Shown here one piece after another: positions 9,742-22,940 of a stretch of DNA of 62,567 bases. Under the pieces are notes generated by a model. That model was not told where the DNA came from. It did not search any database and saw nothing but the letters and a program-made list of their open reading frames with translations. The position numbers and the translations under genes are program-made. The stretch's first letter is position 1, and every line of letters starts with the position of its first letter. The DNA comes from Vermamoeba vermiformis. Lineage: Eukaryota. The stretch covers positions 1 through 62,567 of the forward strand of contig JBEWZL010000045.1 of the NCBI GenBank assembly GCA_045837725.1, given 5' to 3'.

Positions 9742-10800
9742 TCAACACGAGCCAATGCAAGGATGACCGCACTTCTGTGAGTTTTCCACGGCAATGTTCC
9801 AGTCACGTGGCACCACTCCAAGTGCATTTACATTGGCGGTGCAGTTGCTGACCGACATTCGCTCGTCGTGTCTCCAGTGCACTCGTGAACCGATTAGCCA
9901 TATTCCAAGCGACACCTCTTCAACGGAATAATACGTCAAAAAGTCCTGGCGATGATGTTGCGCGAGTAGCGACACGACATCGTACGAGAGACCAAAGAGT
10001 TCTGGCTGCGGATGAGGAGGAAGCTGGTAGATGTATCGTTCGAGTAATTGAATGTCGATGAGTTCGTGATTGTTCACTGGCTCTTCGTATCGAATAGAGC
10101 CCCAGATCATGCGCGTGCTGTTTGGATCGGCTTTGAGTTGCACAAAGCTGTTCGCTAACTCGTCGGTGCGCAAGAACACTCCGTCCTTCACGCGCAGCAG
10201 TAAATTGAAGCGACAGTTGGTTTGCACCCAATCATATATTACTAGCACCATCACTCCGTCATAAGGCGTCTTAACACTAAATGAAGCGAGTTAGTAACGA
10301 TTAGAAATTATCGATTTAGAGTGAATGAAAGTTTGTTTTATGGCGTCCTAAATTGATATTACTTACCCAGATTTCTTTTTTTGAAAATCTAATACGATTT
10401 CGTCGTCATGGCTCGGAGTGTAGTCATCAGTTTTAGCAATAAAAAATAAAACCTTGATCTTCACGTCCTTTCGGTCCTCCATCCATTTCTTCCAAGTATT
10501 TCGAATTTTTTGACGACCTTCCGAATTTTTGCCGGACGAAATAACCGAAATTACCACATCCACGTCGAACTTCGGATTCCTCGCTGGCTCTGCCATCACA
10601 ACCGAGTCTAACTTTGAGTTGTCTCTATGTTGCGCTACTTTGACTGCTACTATCTGATTTCTCTTTTGAATAAGCGACATCCACGACTGCTGTAAGAAGA
10701 TGGCATTAACTACAAAAATAGCCACTAGCAGCAGAGGAAATCTGTACGAATTAAATAATTGCAAGCAATTAATCCTCGATGAGCGACTCCACGGGCGCAT
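9742..10800 (-). CDS. GT31-family (beta-1,3-galactosyltransferase-like) type II membrane protein, 2 exons
   Basis: N-terminal TM anchor, VISVISS..GRQKIRNTW, IYDWVQTNCRFNLLLRVKDGVF, GLSYDVVSLL, EEVSLGIWL. Confidence 0.7.
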
Positions 10801-11072
10801 GGCTATTGTGTATCACAGATGCGTGGTCAAAATTGGATTTGTTGGAAAGCTGTTCACAAAGCTCTGCTCGCTCTTGTGTGTCCTTCCACGGTTATAATTA
10901 ATAGAATAATATACAAAAAACAACAGGACGTAATCTGAAAACTCCCGAGATTGGTCTTTTTGCGGTCAAATTTCTTTTTGTGTTATTCCGGGCTTTTTTG
11001 TTCTTACTTGCTCGATCGACGAACCACAAAGCTCCGGAACCTCGTCTTTACGACCGTAAACCTTCTATTAGA

Positions 11073-13997
11073 ATGAGCCACGACGTGCCTATTGATGAGC
11101 AACTCAATGAAATGGAGATTAGCGAACAGGAAACTCTTCTCCATAGAGGAAAAAAACGAAAAGCAAATGAAGCTCAACTTGAAGATAGGCACGTGGACCA
11201 TGATGACAATAGCAGTGGTCAATTGAACGAAAAAGATGAAAGGTTCAGCTGCTCATCGGATTCTCAAAACGTACAAGTTCCGTCGCAGCATAAAAAACGA
11301 AAGTTAGGAGACTCCGACGCCCTTTACACTGGATATTCGATACCCGATCATATTTCAAGGTACCCATTCTTAAAATATTCGTATTCAAAATAATTCAAGT
11401 CAGATTCCGAGTTTTTAATTCAAATTAATTCAATTTCGGTTGCTAGTGCTACCAATGGAGATCACCCAGCTGCCATTATTTCCAATACCAATGTTAGAGG
11501 AGAATCCAACCAAAATCTTCCCTTCAGCCCAGCCGAGATCTCAGTTTTCACCGAAATAGTTGCGACATCTCTGGATGCGGCTCGAACTCAACTTCATCCA
11601 TCGCTCCATTCAAATCCTTTTCTCCAATTTATCCCCAGAACGCGTCAAGAGCTGTTAAAATTAATTCAGAACGTTGAAGAAGACGCAAGTGACATTTTCA
11701 CTCGATCGAGCATACGCGAGCAATTAGAACGGATTGCAGTATTACTACGTAAAGAGTAAGTGAACAATATATACAAATTATACCCGCGAAGTTCGGACGA
11801 GTTTAGTGAATGGCCATTGATGAATACGAGAAACGTCAAATCTTTCAGTAATTGAAACAGAATCACTTTTAGCCCTAAGTGCCTTAAACACTCTTTTCCA
11901 CTTACAATTCGATGCTGAAAGCGCAAATGACATTCGTGATGCGTTTCTATCGCTTTTGGGAATTTTTTTAAGTTAGATCATAGTACAACTTTTTAACTTA
12001 TGATAGAAACACACGCTCGCTCGCTTATACCATTTATTTTAGTTATATGTTACTATTTTGTTGCAACAAATTAATTTACATTTTATTGGCGAGTCCACTT
12101 CTTTTTCGGGAAGTTTGGTCTATTTTTGGAACTTCGTAGTGCGTCATGTCATAACTAACAAATTACTTTTAGGTTCTCTTTTACGACTTTTGTGCGCAAT
12201 ATTGCAGTGTTGCGCTGTTTCAACCGATTGTACACGCTCAACAAGCCTTTGATGGTCACAGACCCGTCATTTGATCATCGCCGCACAGTCCGATGGTTAT
12301 TAGACGGGTGTCAAACAGTAAGTTGTGACGATACAAATCAAAAAGATCGTGTTTTCAGAACTTGGAGAAATAATCGAATCACAACTTGCGGTTGAAAATT
12401 AACTCTCGAGAAGTACTAATGATTCTCGTACTTGTCAGACCATTGAAGACGTGTCTGATATCCCTCATCACGAGTACTTGCTTGTGCAGTTTAAAATGCA
12501 AGCCTTGCACATGTTGGGACTGTTGGCTCGTAACGGTAAGCGCGAATTGTTTCCTTGCACGTGAATGTTGAATCTCTCGCCACCCGGCGCATTAACCCGC
12601 AATTTGCGCGTGCTAAATCTACACCTGGACGACTTGTTAACCCTTTCTTTTACAGAAAAGAATCGAGAGCGAATGCTTCGAGAGGGCAGCTTGTCGATCA
12701 TCGTGCACGAGATCAAGTCCTACACTGAGGTGGGAATCTTAGAGCGTGCCTGCTTTGCATTTGGCAACATCATCAATAGCACCATTGAGAACGTCGAGGA
12801 GTTCCACCGCTTCATTCTCGACGAGCAAATCTTGCAAGCTACCTTGCGAGCAATGCGCGCTTTGATGGACAACCCTGAAGTTGTCAAACAAGTCTGCTTC
12901 GTGATCGGTAATATTGCCTTTACTGGTGACTACGAAGAGATTATCAACCAAGAGAGCGGTATTGAGCTCGTGGTTGAAGCCATGCAAAGATACGGAACCC
13001 ATCCGGCCTTGCTTACGGAGGCATGTTTTTTCTTGAAGAACATGTGCTACGGAGAGGCTGGTCGGGTCCGACTTATTGAAGCTGGTGGTGTGCCTGCTGT
13101 GATTAAAGCCATGAACACATTCCCCGAATATGCGGAGCTGCTAGAGCTCGCTTGCAACGTGTTCTACGACTTGTCCTTCACAGCCAACACCGAACAGCTC
13201 GTGATTCAGCACGGCGGTCTTGGTGCCATTCTCCGTGCACTCACGGCTCATTCGACTGATCTTAATGTGCTCAACGAAGCCACACGAACGTTGGGTCGTT
13301 TGTATTCCTTGTGCGGTAAGTCCTGCGAGTTAAACGAACTCACAACGTTCTAACGTGCTCATAGATGATGAGAACAAGTGCATGTTCATCCGTCAAGGAG
13401 CAGTCGAAGCGATCATTTCGGCCATCAAACAGCACCCTAATGAGACCGAATTGCATCAGCGAGCATGTTGGAGCTTCTACCGCTTGTCCAAAGAGAAACT
13501 GAAATACGAAGTAGTAAGTCTCGAGATTGGCTGGAAGAATACCTTTGTCTAACCGCACTCTTGTGCAGAATCGCGTGGCTGAACACTCAACGGTACCGAG
13601 CCTGAGAGAGCTGACGGCACGAGCCATCCACAACACCTGTAACACTAGTAATACTGCCAATCAACCGCACAATCATAGCCATAGCCATATACACAACAAC
13701 TATACCACAATCAATAATGCCCCGACCAACACCAATAATAATAACAATTACAATACCGATGCCATGGACATTGTTCGACCAGATCTCGACTTCACAATCT
13801 TGCCCTTAGAGCTACAAGAGTACCTACAAGTAGCCAAGAAATGCACACACTGCCAAGGCGTATGCTTCAGCGAGTTCTGGGAGCTGATCCGATTCGTCAA
13901 GTTTGAACAGCACGACGACGAACTGCCCGTGTTCATGCGACTATGTTCTTTCGGATGCTTGAACGCTGTAAAAGCTGAGCCTCCTAAAAACGAATAA
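11073..13997 (+). CDS. Armadillo-repeat protein with C-terminal BC-box-like and Cys-rich module resembling the LRRC58 tail
   Basis: ARM repeats (ERACFAFGNI, KQVCFVIGNI, EACFFLKNM, ELACNVFYDL); C-terminus VPSLRELTARAI...LPLELQEYLQVAKKCTHCQGVCF...LPVFMRLCSFGC. Multi-exon. Confidence 0.75.
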
Positions 13998-14156
13998 AAA
14001 TATGGGGCTAATAGCTACCGTAATAATCTATGCACCGTTTGTTCAACAACGTTTTTCCTCGTGGACCAATTTTGGCGATCGTTGTGCGATCTGTCTGTCA
14101 TTCATTATTTTTTTTATTTTGGTGCCGAACAACTCACCTCGTGCCAACGCGGTCAA

Positions 14157-16435
14157 ATGTTGCGAGTAGTAATTACCAAAAGCTTGCGTTCAAAGCAAGG
14201 CCACAAGCTCATCAGCATCCAAAAGGCTAGATTTAGCAGCTCCAAGCTATCCAAAAATACTAGTACAACTTTGAAGGCAACAGCTATTTCCGATGACGCA
14301 AGCTTTGCCGTTGCAGCGGCTCCTTTTGATTATGAAGAGGTGATCGACATCAAGCGTGAATATTTTGGCCGCGCTTTAGAAGAATATAAAAAGAAGGTTG
14401 AAGGACCCCTTATCAATAATTATGTTACACAAGTTACACTAAAGGAGCGAAAAGTAATGAAGCAGGAAATTTTAGAGCTCGCCCAACAAAAAAAATCATT
14501 AAAACGCCAACAGAGGGAAGCCCAATTAAAAGGTAAATTATTTTCGTATATAAATTAATCCGTTTATTATTATTTTATATAATATTATTTTTTGGCCACA
14601 ATACAGTATTTTTAGAAATTTATTTCAGATCGATCCCATCTGCAACATCCAACGACCGACTACTAACCATGTTTAATTAATTTAGAAAAAGAAGCAAAAG
14701 AGCAAATCAAAAGAGATAAAGCTGAGGAGCTCAAGAATATTATGACGAGCCAAATTCCCCCATTATCAGAAGTTTTCAGTTCTGGAGCATTTGAAGACGC
14801 TCTTAGACAAAATGTACGTACATATTATTAATAATGCTCGTGTATTTATAACAATGCATCTTCATACAACGATGATTTCACGAGCGAGTTGATCCAGATC
14901 TAACTCTTATTATTCCAGCCCGATGTTTTGACCAATATTAACGTTGAAGAATATGGAGATGATCCTAAGTTTAGCAAGTCTATTTTTGAAACGTAAGTCC
15001 ACACGAACGACGAGCCAGATCGTGTTGTCAGCACGTACTAATCAGTGCACGTGTGCAGATTTACCACCGCCGAACACCCCCCTGCGTTTATTGTTGCTGC
15101 TCCCCACCGCCAATGGGAATGGGAAATTCACTTGTCTCAACAGGAACGAGTAAGTGTTGCCGCATTTGCAATGGTTCTTGTGCGCTAATTACTAACTGTT
15201 GTAACGAAGATGAAACTCGTCTACAAAGACTTGGTTGCACGTGGCTTTACTCCTAATCCTTTGCCTCGTGGTGTTACTATCGAACAGACTGATGTTGAGA
15301 AGTTGCAAAGTGCTGTGAAAGACTTCTTGAACGGATATGACACGAAGCCCGTTGAAAGCTCTACTGACGCCAAGTCATGTACGTGAAGGCTCTTTATCCT
15401 TAAAAAACCTGACTAATAAACCCGCAGCGGATAAGCCCGCGACCACTGGCGCTGCTGAGAGTGCCGCAGAAGCTGAGGTTGCACCCACCGTCGAGGAAGT
15501 TGCTGAGAACGACGAGTTCTTGCGCAGATTCGTTGACCGACCTGAAGACGAACTCGAACAAGACCTCGATGCCGCGCTGAATCAAAATGCAGTTGTGGCT
15601 GAGATCGCCACCAAAGAGAAGAAGTTCGATCCTTTGGCCAACCCCTTCGATGCCTCCACTCCTATTCTCACATCACCCAAGCCATTGCGCGTTAAGGATC
15701 GCCTGAACGCCGTCCCTCTCGTGACTGACAAAAACCCCTTCGCGTGGGTCACTGTCGACAATCCTATGATTCCCGAGAGCATCAAGAAGACTAAGCTGTT
15801 CAGACGCGCCACATTGTTGGTACGGATCGCGCATGTTAACAAGAGTCGTGTCACGATATTAATAGTTGTGCTTCTTTAGGTGAAAGTGTCTGCCCTTAAG
15901 CTCCCCAAGATGGTTCACAGCCGATTGTTGCAGATCGTTGGTCCTCGATACAACCCCGACTTGGATGTGTTGAAGATCACTAGCACCGATCACCTGGAGT
16001 TCGTGAGTACATTCACAGTGCACGTTAGAGATCCGAACTAACATCGTACAAAAGAGTGAAAACAGAAGGTATTGCTTGAAGCTGTTCCAGGCCGCTATTT
16101 CTGATGCCTGGAAGGCCGATCTGAACTACGTTTCTCCTGCTCAAGAGCCCATCTACCCTCATCAACAAGTACGCGCCAAACAATTACTCTTAAAAATGAC
16201 AGTCGTTAATAGAAACTTTTGACAGATTGTTCGAGAGTTGCACCAAGAGCAGGAACTCCAAAAATTGAAGTCTGAATACGGCGTTGAAGGCGTTAAAAAT
16301 AGAACGAGCCAATACCCTTTCGTTATCTTCCGTTATAACCCTCACACAGTTCCTAGCGATGAGCTCATGCAACAACGTCAAGCATTGCTGATGCGCTTGC
16401 TCCAAGTATTCGGATTCAGCTCAGCACAAAAATAA
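14157..16435 (+). CDS. Mitochondrial small-subunit ribosomal protein mS35 (Rsm24)-like with long N-terminal extension
   Basis: Presequence-like MLRVVITKSLRSKQGHKLISIQKARFSSS; C-terminal VKVSALKLPKMVHSRLLQIVGPRYNPDLDVLKITSTDHLEF|SENRRYCLKLF resembles the mS35 domain. Multi-exon. Confidence 0.65.
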
Positions 16436-16733
16436 TAGAAAAAACAATAATTGCGGGAAATAATTTAAAATGATGAGAATGTTTTAAATAAAAAACAGTA
16501 TTCATGACCGCCACTTTGCTAAATCTGTCAATTGACAGCCGGAATTAATTGAAAACTGGCGCAAACATGATCGTATACCGCCGAATTACCTTATCATATT
16601 CCGTTCAGGTTCGCTTAAAGGCGGTAGAATCACTTTAAGACCGGCACTTAATTAAACGCGTCACCACAAAAATCTTTTTTTTCTGTTTTATCTTTTGTGT
16701 TCGACAACACACGCTTCTCTGATTTGTTTCAAA

Positions 16734-19269
16734 ATGTCTGACAAAGAGCATTCATCTTCCTCTTCGTCTTCATCCTCATCTTCTTCCTCGTCCTCGTCTT
16801 CTTCTTCGTCCAAGCAGAATAACAAAAAGAATGAGCAGATCGAGCAACCAAAAAATACTGAGCCTGTCCCTGCGCCCACTAACGCAACGGCTGGCGAGCA
16901 CTCAGGCTGGTTGAAGAAACAATCCCATGGTGCTATTCAACAATTGCAAAAGCGTTGGTTTGTTTTGACAGGCACCAAGCTCGCTTACTATCACGACGAC
17001 AAATCCAAGAAAAAGGGAGGCCAAGAAATCAATTTAGAAGGCTCCAAAGTTATTGATATGGGACAAAAGAAGAACAGTTTCCGTATCACTCAAAATACCG
17101 AAGGAAAGTACTCAGATTGGCTTTTGTTCGCTGACACTGCCGAAGCAAAAGCTGAATGGTTACAGCGCTTGCAAAAATACGTCGTGCAAGAAGCATCCCC
17201 GGCACCTAAAGAGGAAAAGAAAACAGTCAAGAAGGAGGAATCCTCATCTTCCAGTTCCAGCAGCTCTAGCTCAAGCAAAAAGCCTGCTCAACCCGTAGCG
17301 ACACAACCCACAGCTCCTGTACAAGAAAAGAAAGACGAAGAGTCAAGCTCGTCTTCCTCTTCGAGTTCCAGCAGCTCATCTTCCTCATCCTCGACCAAAT
17401 CAGCTCCCAAGCAAGAGACACCAAAGCCCGTCGAGCCTGCTCCAGTTGTTAAGGACACTAAGGATGAAGAGTCAAGCAGCTCTTCATCTTCTTCAAGCTC
17501 CAGCAGCTCTTCTTCATCCTCGTCAAGCTCATCGGCTCCCAAGCAAGTCGAAGCTCCTCAACCACCTGCACCGACTTTCTCGGTTGATAATGCACCTTCT
17601 CAAGTCCTTGTTAATGCCAGCACTACTTTCGCTGTCAAGTCTAACACTAAGGACGCGATCGAGCACCTCAAATCTGTTGTCACCGGTCCCGAAGATTTCA
17701 AATCAGACGCTTCCGTTGTTGCACACGGAGACGATGCCTACCATGTTACATTTACAGCTCCCAAGCCTGGTTCTTATCAAGTCCAAGTGCACTACAAAGG
17801 TATTTTATTGACTTGACACGCCGAAATTACTTTTAAATTATTAACTTTATTAATTAATGATGTATATATATACAATGAAGAGTGTTACAATTTAATATCA
17901 ACCATCCTAATTACATAATTTTTATGTTTTATTGCTAAGCAAAAAAAACGACTTTTTCAGTGAATCTTTTTCCTCAATTCACCAATATTTTTATAATAGG
18001 TGAGAATGTCACTGGCAGCCCTTTCACCGTCGTAGTTGCATATCCTCCCGTTTCTGCCGCTCACTCTACTCTCAGTGGTGACACCAACTTGAAAGTCAAT
18101 CAACCTGGTCACATGACCGTTGTTACCAACGACCAAAACGGTACTCGCGTGCCCATCGGTGGTGCTACTCTCGCCTTTGTGGTTGTTGGTGATGATAAGG
18201 ACGAGTCTAGCAGCGAGGTAAGTCTTCAATAAGTCTGTAATAACGACAACTAGTCTGACACGTGTCAACAGTCCTCATCCTCTTCCTCTTCCTCTTCCTC
18301 TTCGTCATCCTCATCTTCATCTTCTTCCTCAAAGAAGAAGGCCAATGGTCACTCTCCCGCTATCACTTTCAGCGTAGAAGACAAACAAGACGGTTCTTAT
18401 CACGTCACTGCCACCGCCACCAAGGCTGGAAAATTCCACGTGAACGTGCACGTTAATGGCGCTGATATTCAAGGCAGCCCCATTGAAATCACTGTCACCG
18501 AAGACAAGCCCGCACCTGTTGTTGAGGAGAAGAAACCAGAACCCGTCGTTGAGGTTCCCAAGCAAGAGTCTACTTTGTTGACTCCTCGTGAAGATGCTCC
18601 TGCCTTCCCTCGTTTGTTGCGCATTAGCGGCAAGGGCCAAAACGTCGCCGTGTCACTGGTACCTTTGTCAGGTGCCTCACTCAACTCCTCTGAGGTCTTC
18701 ATTCTCGATCTCGAGCACAAAGTCTTCCAATGGAACGGTGCCACTGCTGGTATTTTCTTGAAGAACAAGGCTAGCACTTTGATTCGTGCCATTGATGACG
18801 AACGCGCCTCAAAGGTTGAGATCCACGTTCACACCGAAGGTAAGAATTAACACGTTCGCCGATTATAAAGCAAGTTATTAATAAATTGGCTATAGGTGAT
18901 ACTGATTTGGGTGAATTCTGGAAGGTGTTGGGCGGTCAAGTGGCTCCCGCCAAGGACAACTCCACCCCTGGTGATTTGCCCGTGTTACTTAAAGTGTCCG
19001 ACGATAGCGGTGGTGTTAAATTGACTGAAGTCGGCAAGGGCACTCAATTGAAGAGAAATTTGTTGTCGACCAATGACACTTTCTTGTTTGACGTTGGCTT
19101 CGAGATTTTTGTCTGGGAAGGCAAGAAGAGCAACAAGACCGAGAAGCAGTTCGCCGCTCAAGCAGTTCGTACTTACCGCGACCAATACAACCGCCCTCAA
19201 AGCATTAAGATCACTCGCTGCATGGAAGGTGGTGAAAACGAGATCTTCGAATACTTCTTGGCTAAATAA
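16734..19269 (+). CDS. Cytoskeletal protein: PH domain, poly-Ser linkers, two filamin repeats, two gelsolin repeats
   Basis: PH: HSGWLKKQSHGAIQQLQKRWFVL...EAKAEWLQRL. Filamin: DDAYHVTFTAPKPGSYQVQVHYKG|ENVTGSPF and DGSYHVTATATKAGKFHVNVHVNGADIQGSP. Gelsolin: SLNSSEVFILD...FQWNG and LLSTNDTFLFDVGFEIFVWEGK. Confidence 0.9.
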
Positions 19270-19503
19270 GCTGCCTTTGGTAGTGGTTCTGATTCCAATT
19301 TTGTATTGACCCCACTTATTTATTGAAAGGATCTATTTATTTGTAATAAACAATCTTTTATCGGAGGCTTAGAACTTAGGTTCGTTGCGTTTAATTGATG
19401 GGATTTTGGACACCAAAAATTCGGTAGAACATTTCAACCCTTCTCCAACGAATAGTCACAACATCTGTATTTATTTATTTATGTAATATATAATTTTAGC
19501 ACG

Positions 19504-21636
19504 ATGGTATCCAAAGAACGAGTTAACGTGATTTTGATGGGCATTGGATTCATGCTTGTATTCACTGCCTACAACACATCCCAAAATTATGCAGGTAATT
19601 ATTTATTTAGTACTTCATTAAATGCAAATAAAAGATCATGCCGAAATAAATTGTCGGTTGTTATCGGATCTGATCACAAAATCAAAAATTTGATTAACCT
19701 ACATCACCTAAAATTCAAATAGTACTATAGTTCGCTCAACTAATATTTGGTTAGTGACATTGCTCGGAGGCAACGCGTATTATGTTCTATCAATTTTGTA
19801 TTGCTTCGCGGCGTTTTCGAACTTCGCTGCATCCACTGTGCTCTCAATATTCGGCAAGAACACTAAAGCAGCATTAACCTCTGCTTCTTTTTGCTACGTT
19901 CAATATTTGGCAGTCATAGCGGCATATTTATACTTCAAAGACATGCAAGATATGTTGCGTTGGGTTCTTTACGGATCCGCTGCTTTGATTGGCTTTGGCG
20001 CGGCCATCTTGTGGACTGCTCAAGGTAAATAATGATGTGATAAGTCCTAGTACTTTGCGCTGACACAAAAGGAAGGTACTTTGTTGGCATTAAACTCGGA
20101 TGAATCAACACGCGGTCTCCACATGGGACTCTTTTGGGCGTTTTTCCAAGTCAGCTTAGTGGCCGGAAATATCATCGCCTATTTTGTATTTGCAAAGGAG
20201 ATCGAGCCATTCCTTTTATTCGCCGCGTTCATTATTGTAGCCTCGTGTGGTGGCTTTTTGTTCTTAACTTTGCGACGAGTCGATGGACCTGCCGTCAATC
20301 CTGTGGACGTTGAGGCACTGAAGCAAGATGCCAACGAGAGCGTAAACAGCACGAGATATGACGTCAAGAAAGAAAACGAATTCGTGGCTACATTGAAGAT
20401 GCTTAAGTCAAGAGAATTGTTGCCGCAACTTCCCATATTTGGAATGATTTCTATGATGACCTCCTACCAATCGGGGACTTTTCCACTCTTGTTCAACGAT
20501 GACAAGTCACGTGTCGGTGCAATCTTCACTGGATTCGGTACAGGCGCTATAACCCCGAAGTCTGGGCAGTCTCTAATCCCTTGATTCTACCAGGTATTTC
20601 AGTAATTGTGTCGGCACTCATTGGTGGCAAAATCAAGGACCGTTTGTCGTCGAAGAAGTTCTTGATCATTACTCTCATCATCGACTTCTTGGCGATTGCT
20701 TGTGGATTCTTGGGCGAATTTATCGATCGCTACACGGAAAAGCCACATTCATTGCTCTATTACTCGATGTACTTCGGCTTTATGATTGTATTTGGCGCTG
20801 CAGACAGCTTCACAAGCGTTTACGTCTATACTTTGCTCGGTGGATTGTTCCCTAATAAGCCCGAATCTACACGGTACGTACCGTATAATAATAGTGAGCT
20901 TATTAGTCTAATTTGTCGTAGATCCATCGCCATGTTCAAATTCGTGCAGTCATTGGGAAGTGCGACGGCGTTTTTCTATGGAAAATTTACAAATGGTAAG
21001 ATTATACCCTTTATTATTATTAATTAATTATTTTACAAGTTATTCACTGTTACAATTAACTTTTGGGGATTATTTCGTAATTTTCTTGGCGGCACTAGAT
21101 CTATTTTTCCCATGTTTTTGCTTTGCTTGTTTGGGTTTAGAAAATCATACTCTCCATTATTTGAAATATTTTTGGTGTATTGTGCTCGTCTTGCAGCTCT
21201 TCCTTTTGGTTTTTTCGGACCGGGTGTAGTTAGCACCTTTGGAGTTTGGTTTTTGACTTTTCCCCATGGCACTAGACCCGAGCGTCTGTGAAGGGAGTAT
21301 ACGTGTACTGTTGACATACTGCGTTCGAATCAGAAATCAAAAAACAGAATTCTGTGTCTTTATTTAATACCGTTCTCGGCAATTTCTCACCCTTGTACAA
21401 TCGAAAGCTCTCCCGGTACCAATGTATTCAGTTCTAACCTTGGTGTTGTAGGTATTGTTCAAAACACCGTCATCTCTTGCCTATTCGTGCTCGGTATGAT
21501 CACCACACTTACTTGGGGTGTAATGCCAGCGGATCCCAAATCAGCGGACGAGAAAATAAAGGAGCAAGATCAAGTCGCGCTGTCGAAGAAGTATGACGAA
21601 ACAACGCCCTTATTTGCTTCGGAACGCGAGAAATAA
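19504..21636 (+). CDS. UNC-93-like / MFSD11-type MFS membrane protein
   Basis: GIGFMLVFTAYNTSQNY, GFGAAILWTAQG, GLFWAFFQVSLVAGN, AMFKFVQSLGSATAFFYG. The last exon (21452-21636) follows a 456-nt intron. Confidence 0.85.
21033..21317 (-). CDS. RPS30: Divergent 40S ribosomal protein eS30-like, intronless, nested antisense in the last intron of the UNC-93-like gene
   Basis: GKVKNQTPKV...KKPKGRAARRAQY matches the eS30 core GKV(R/K)xQTPKV...K(K/P)xGRAxRRxQY. It has an altered N-terminus and a C-terminal extension. Confidence 0.75.
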   Translation of the reverse strand: MSTVHVYSLHRRSGLVPWGKVKNQTPKVLTTPGPKKPKGRAARRAQYTKNISNNGEYDFLNPNKQSKNMGKIDLVPPRKLRNNPQKLIVTVNNL

Positions 21637-21929
21637 ACGAAAATTCCAGAGCTTTCAGGATCAAAAAAGAACAAATTTTCCCTAACACGATCAGTATTTT
21701 ATTTATTTAATAGCACCAAAACGACAAGCAACATAACGATCAAGTAAGTACTCTTAAACAAGCCTCGTTCAAAGCAACGATTGTTACATTGCGAGTTGCA
21801 GAATCGATTTAATTTTTATAATGCGCGCCAGGAATTTTTTGATCCACTGTGATGGAATGCAAATCATACGTACAATGCTAAATAAGAGACAGAATATTTT
21901 TGTAATTATTTGGTAATTTTTTTTGACAG

Positions 21930-22916
21930 ATGAGCCAGCTGAAGCCCGACACTAAAGAATACCTCTTCGCTAAGGGTGTAATGTTGCATCAGTTAATGCG
22001 ATACGAAGAAGCAATAGGTGCTTTCAACGAAGCTCTCAAAATGGATCCGAATTATGCTTTCGCCTATCACAACAAGGGTCTTACATTGCAAGCTATGCGA
22101 AATTTAGATGAAGCCTTGGTATGCTTTGATAAGGCGTTGGAATTGGAGCCTCAAGATGCTTCTTCGTGGACGAACAAGGGCATCACACTGCGCATAATGA
22201 AGCGTTACGATGAGGCCTTAGAATGCTTCAGAAAGGCGCTCGAAATCGATCCGCAGAATATCATGGCAATGAATAATATGGGCAATGTATTGCAGTTTCA
22301 AAATAACGTTAGCGGCGCACTCGAATGGTTCAACAAGTCAATCGAGACCGATGCTGGACAACCCTTCACATGGCATAACAAAGGCAATGCCAACGCTGCT
22401 CTGAAGAACTACGATGAAGCTGCCAAATGTTACAGCGAGGCACTTCGTCTTGACCCCAAGCACCGCGATGCGTGGAACAACAAAGGCAAAGTACTCGTGC
22501 TGTTAAAACAGTTCGACGAAGCGATGACCTGCTTCGATGAGGCATTGAAAATAGATGCCAACTTTGTAGTCTCGCTACAGAACAAGGCTGAATGTCTGCG
22601 CAAAATGGGAAGATATGAAGAAGGATTGAAGATTTGCCAAATAATTTTGCGTCAAGATCCGGCGAACCTGTTAGTACTGAAAGAAGCTGGAATAATGATG
22701 ATTTTCAGCGGAAATGCTGAGCGCGCTGCTATGCTATTCAGCGAAGTCCTCGGTAGCGTGCCCTCAAATGCAGAACTACTGTTTTTGAAAGGAATTGCGC
22801 ACGAGCGAATGAACCAGCAGAGCGTGGCTGAAGAGTATTTCAACAAAGCAAAGGCTATTGACGCCACCATTGAAGAATTACGAGGAGAACTATCGCCAGT
22901 CGGAAATGCATTGTAA
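21930..22916 (+). CDS. Tetratricopeptide-repeat protein (about 9 TPRs), intronless
   Basis: Tandem 34-aa repeats such as AYHNKGLTLQAMRNLDEALVCFDKALELEP and AWNNKGKVLVLLKQFDEAMTCFDEALKID. Confidence 0.92.
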   Translation: MSQLKPDTKEYLFAKGVMLHQLMRYEEAIGAFNEALKMDPNYAFAYHNKGLTLQAMRNLDEALVCFDKALELEPQDASSWTNKGITLRIMKRYDEALECFRKALEIDPQNIMAMNNMGNVLQFQNNVSGALEWFNKSIETDAGQPFTWHNKGNANAALKNYDEAAKCYSEALRLDPKHRDAWNNKGKVLVLLKQFDEAMTCFDEALKIDANFVVSLQNKAECLRKMGRYEEGLKICQIILRQDPANLLVLKEAGIMMIFSGNAERAAMLFSEVLGSVPSNAELLFLKGIAHERMNQQSVAEEYFNKAKAIDATIEELRGELSPVGNAL

Positions 22917-22940
22917 ATATTGGTATAAATAGTATTTATG

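Noticed and set aside
16688-17542. Minus-strand Glu/Asp-rich ORFs
   Set aside because: Antisense reading of the poly-Ser tracts of the PH-filamin-gelsolin gene.
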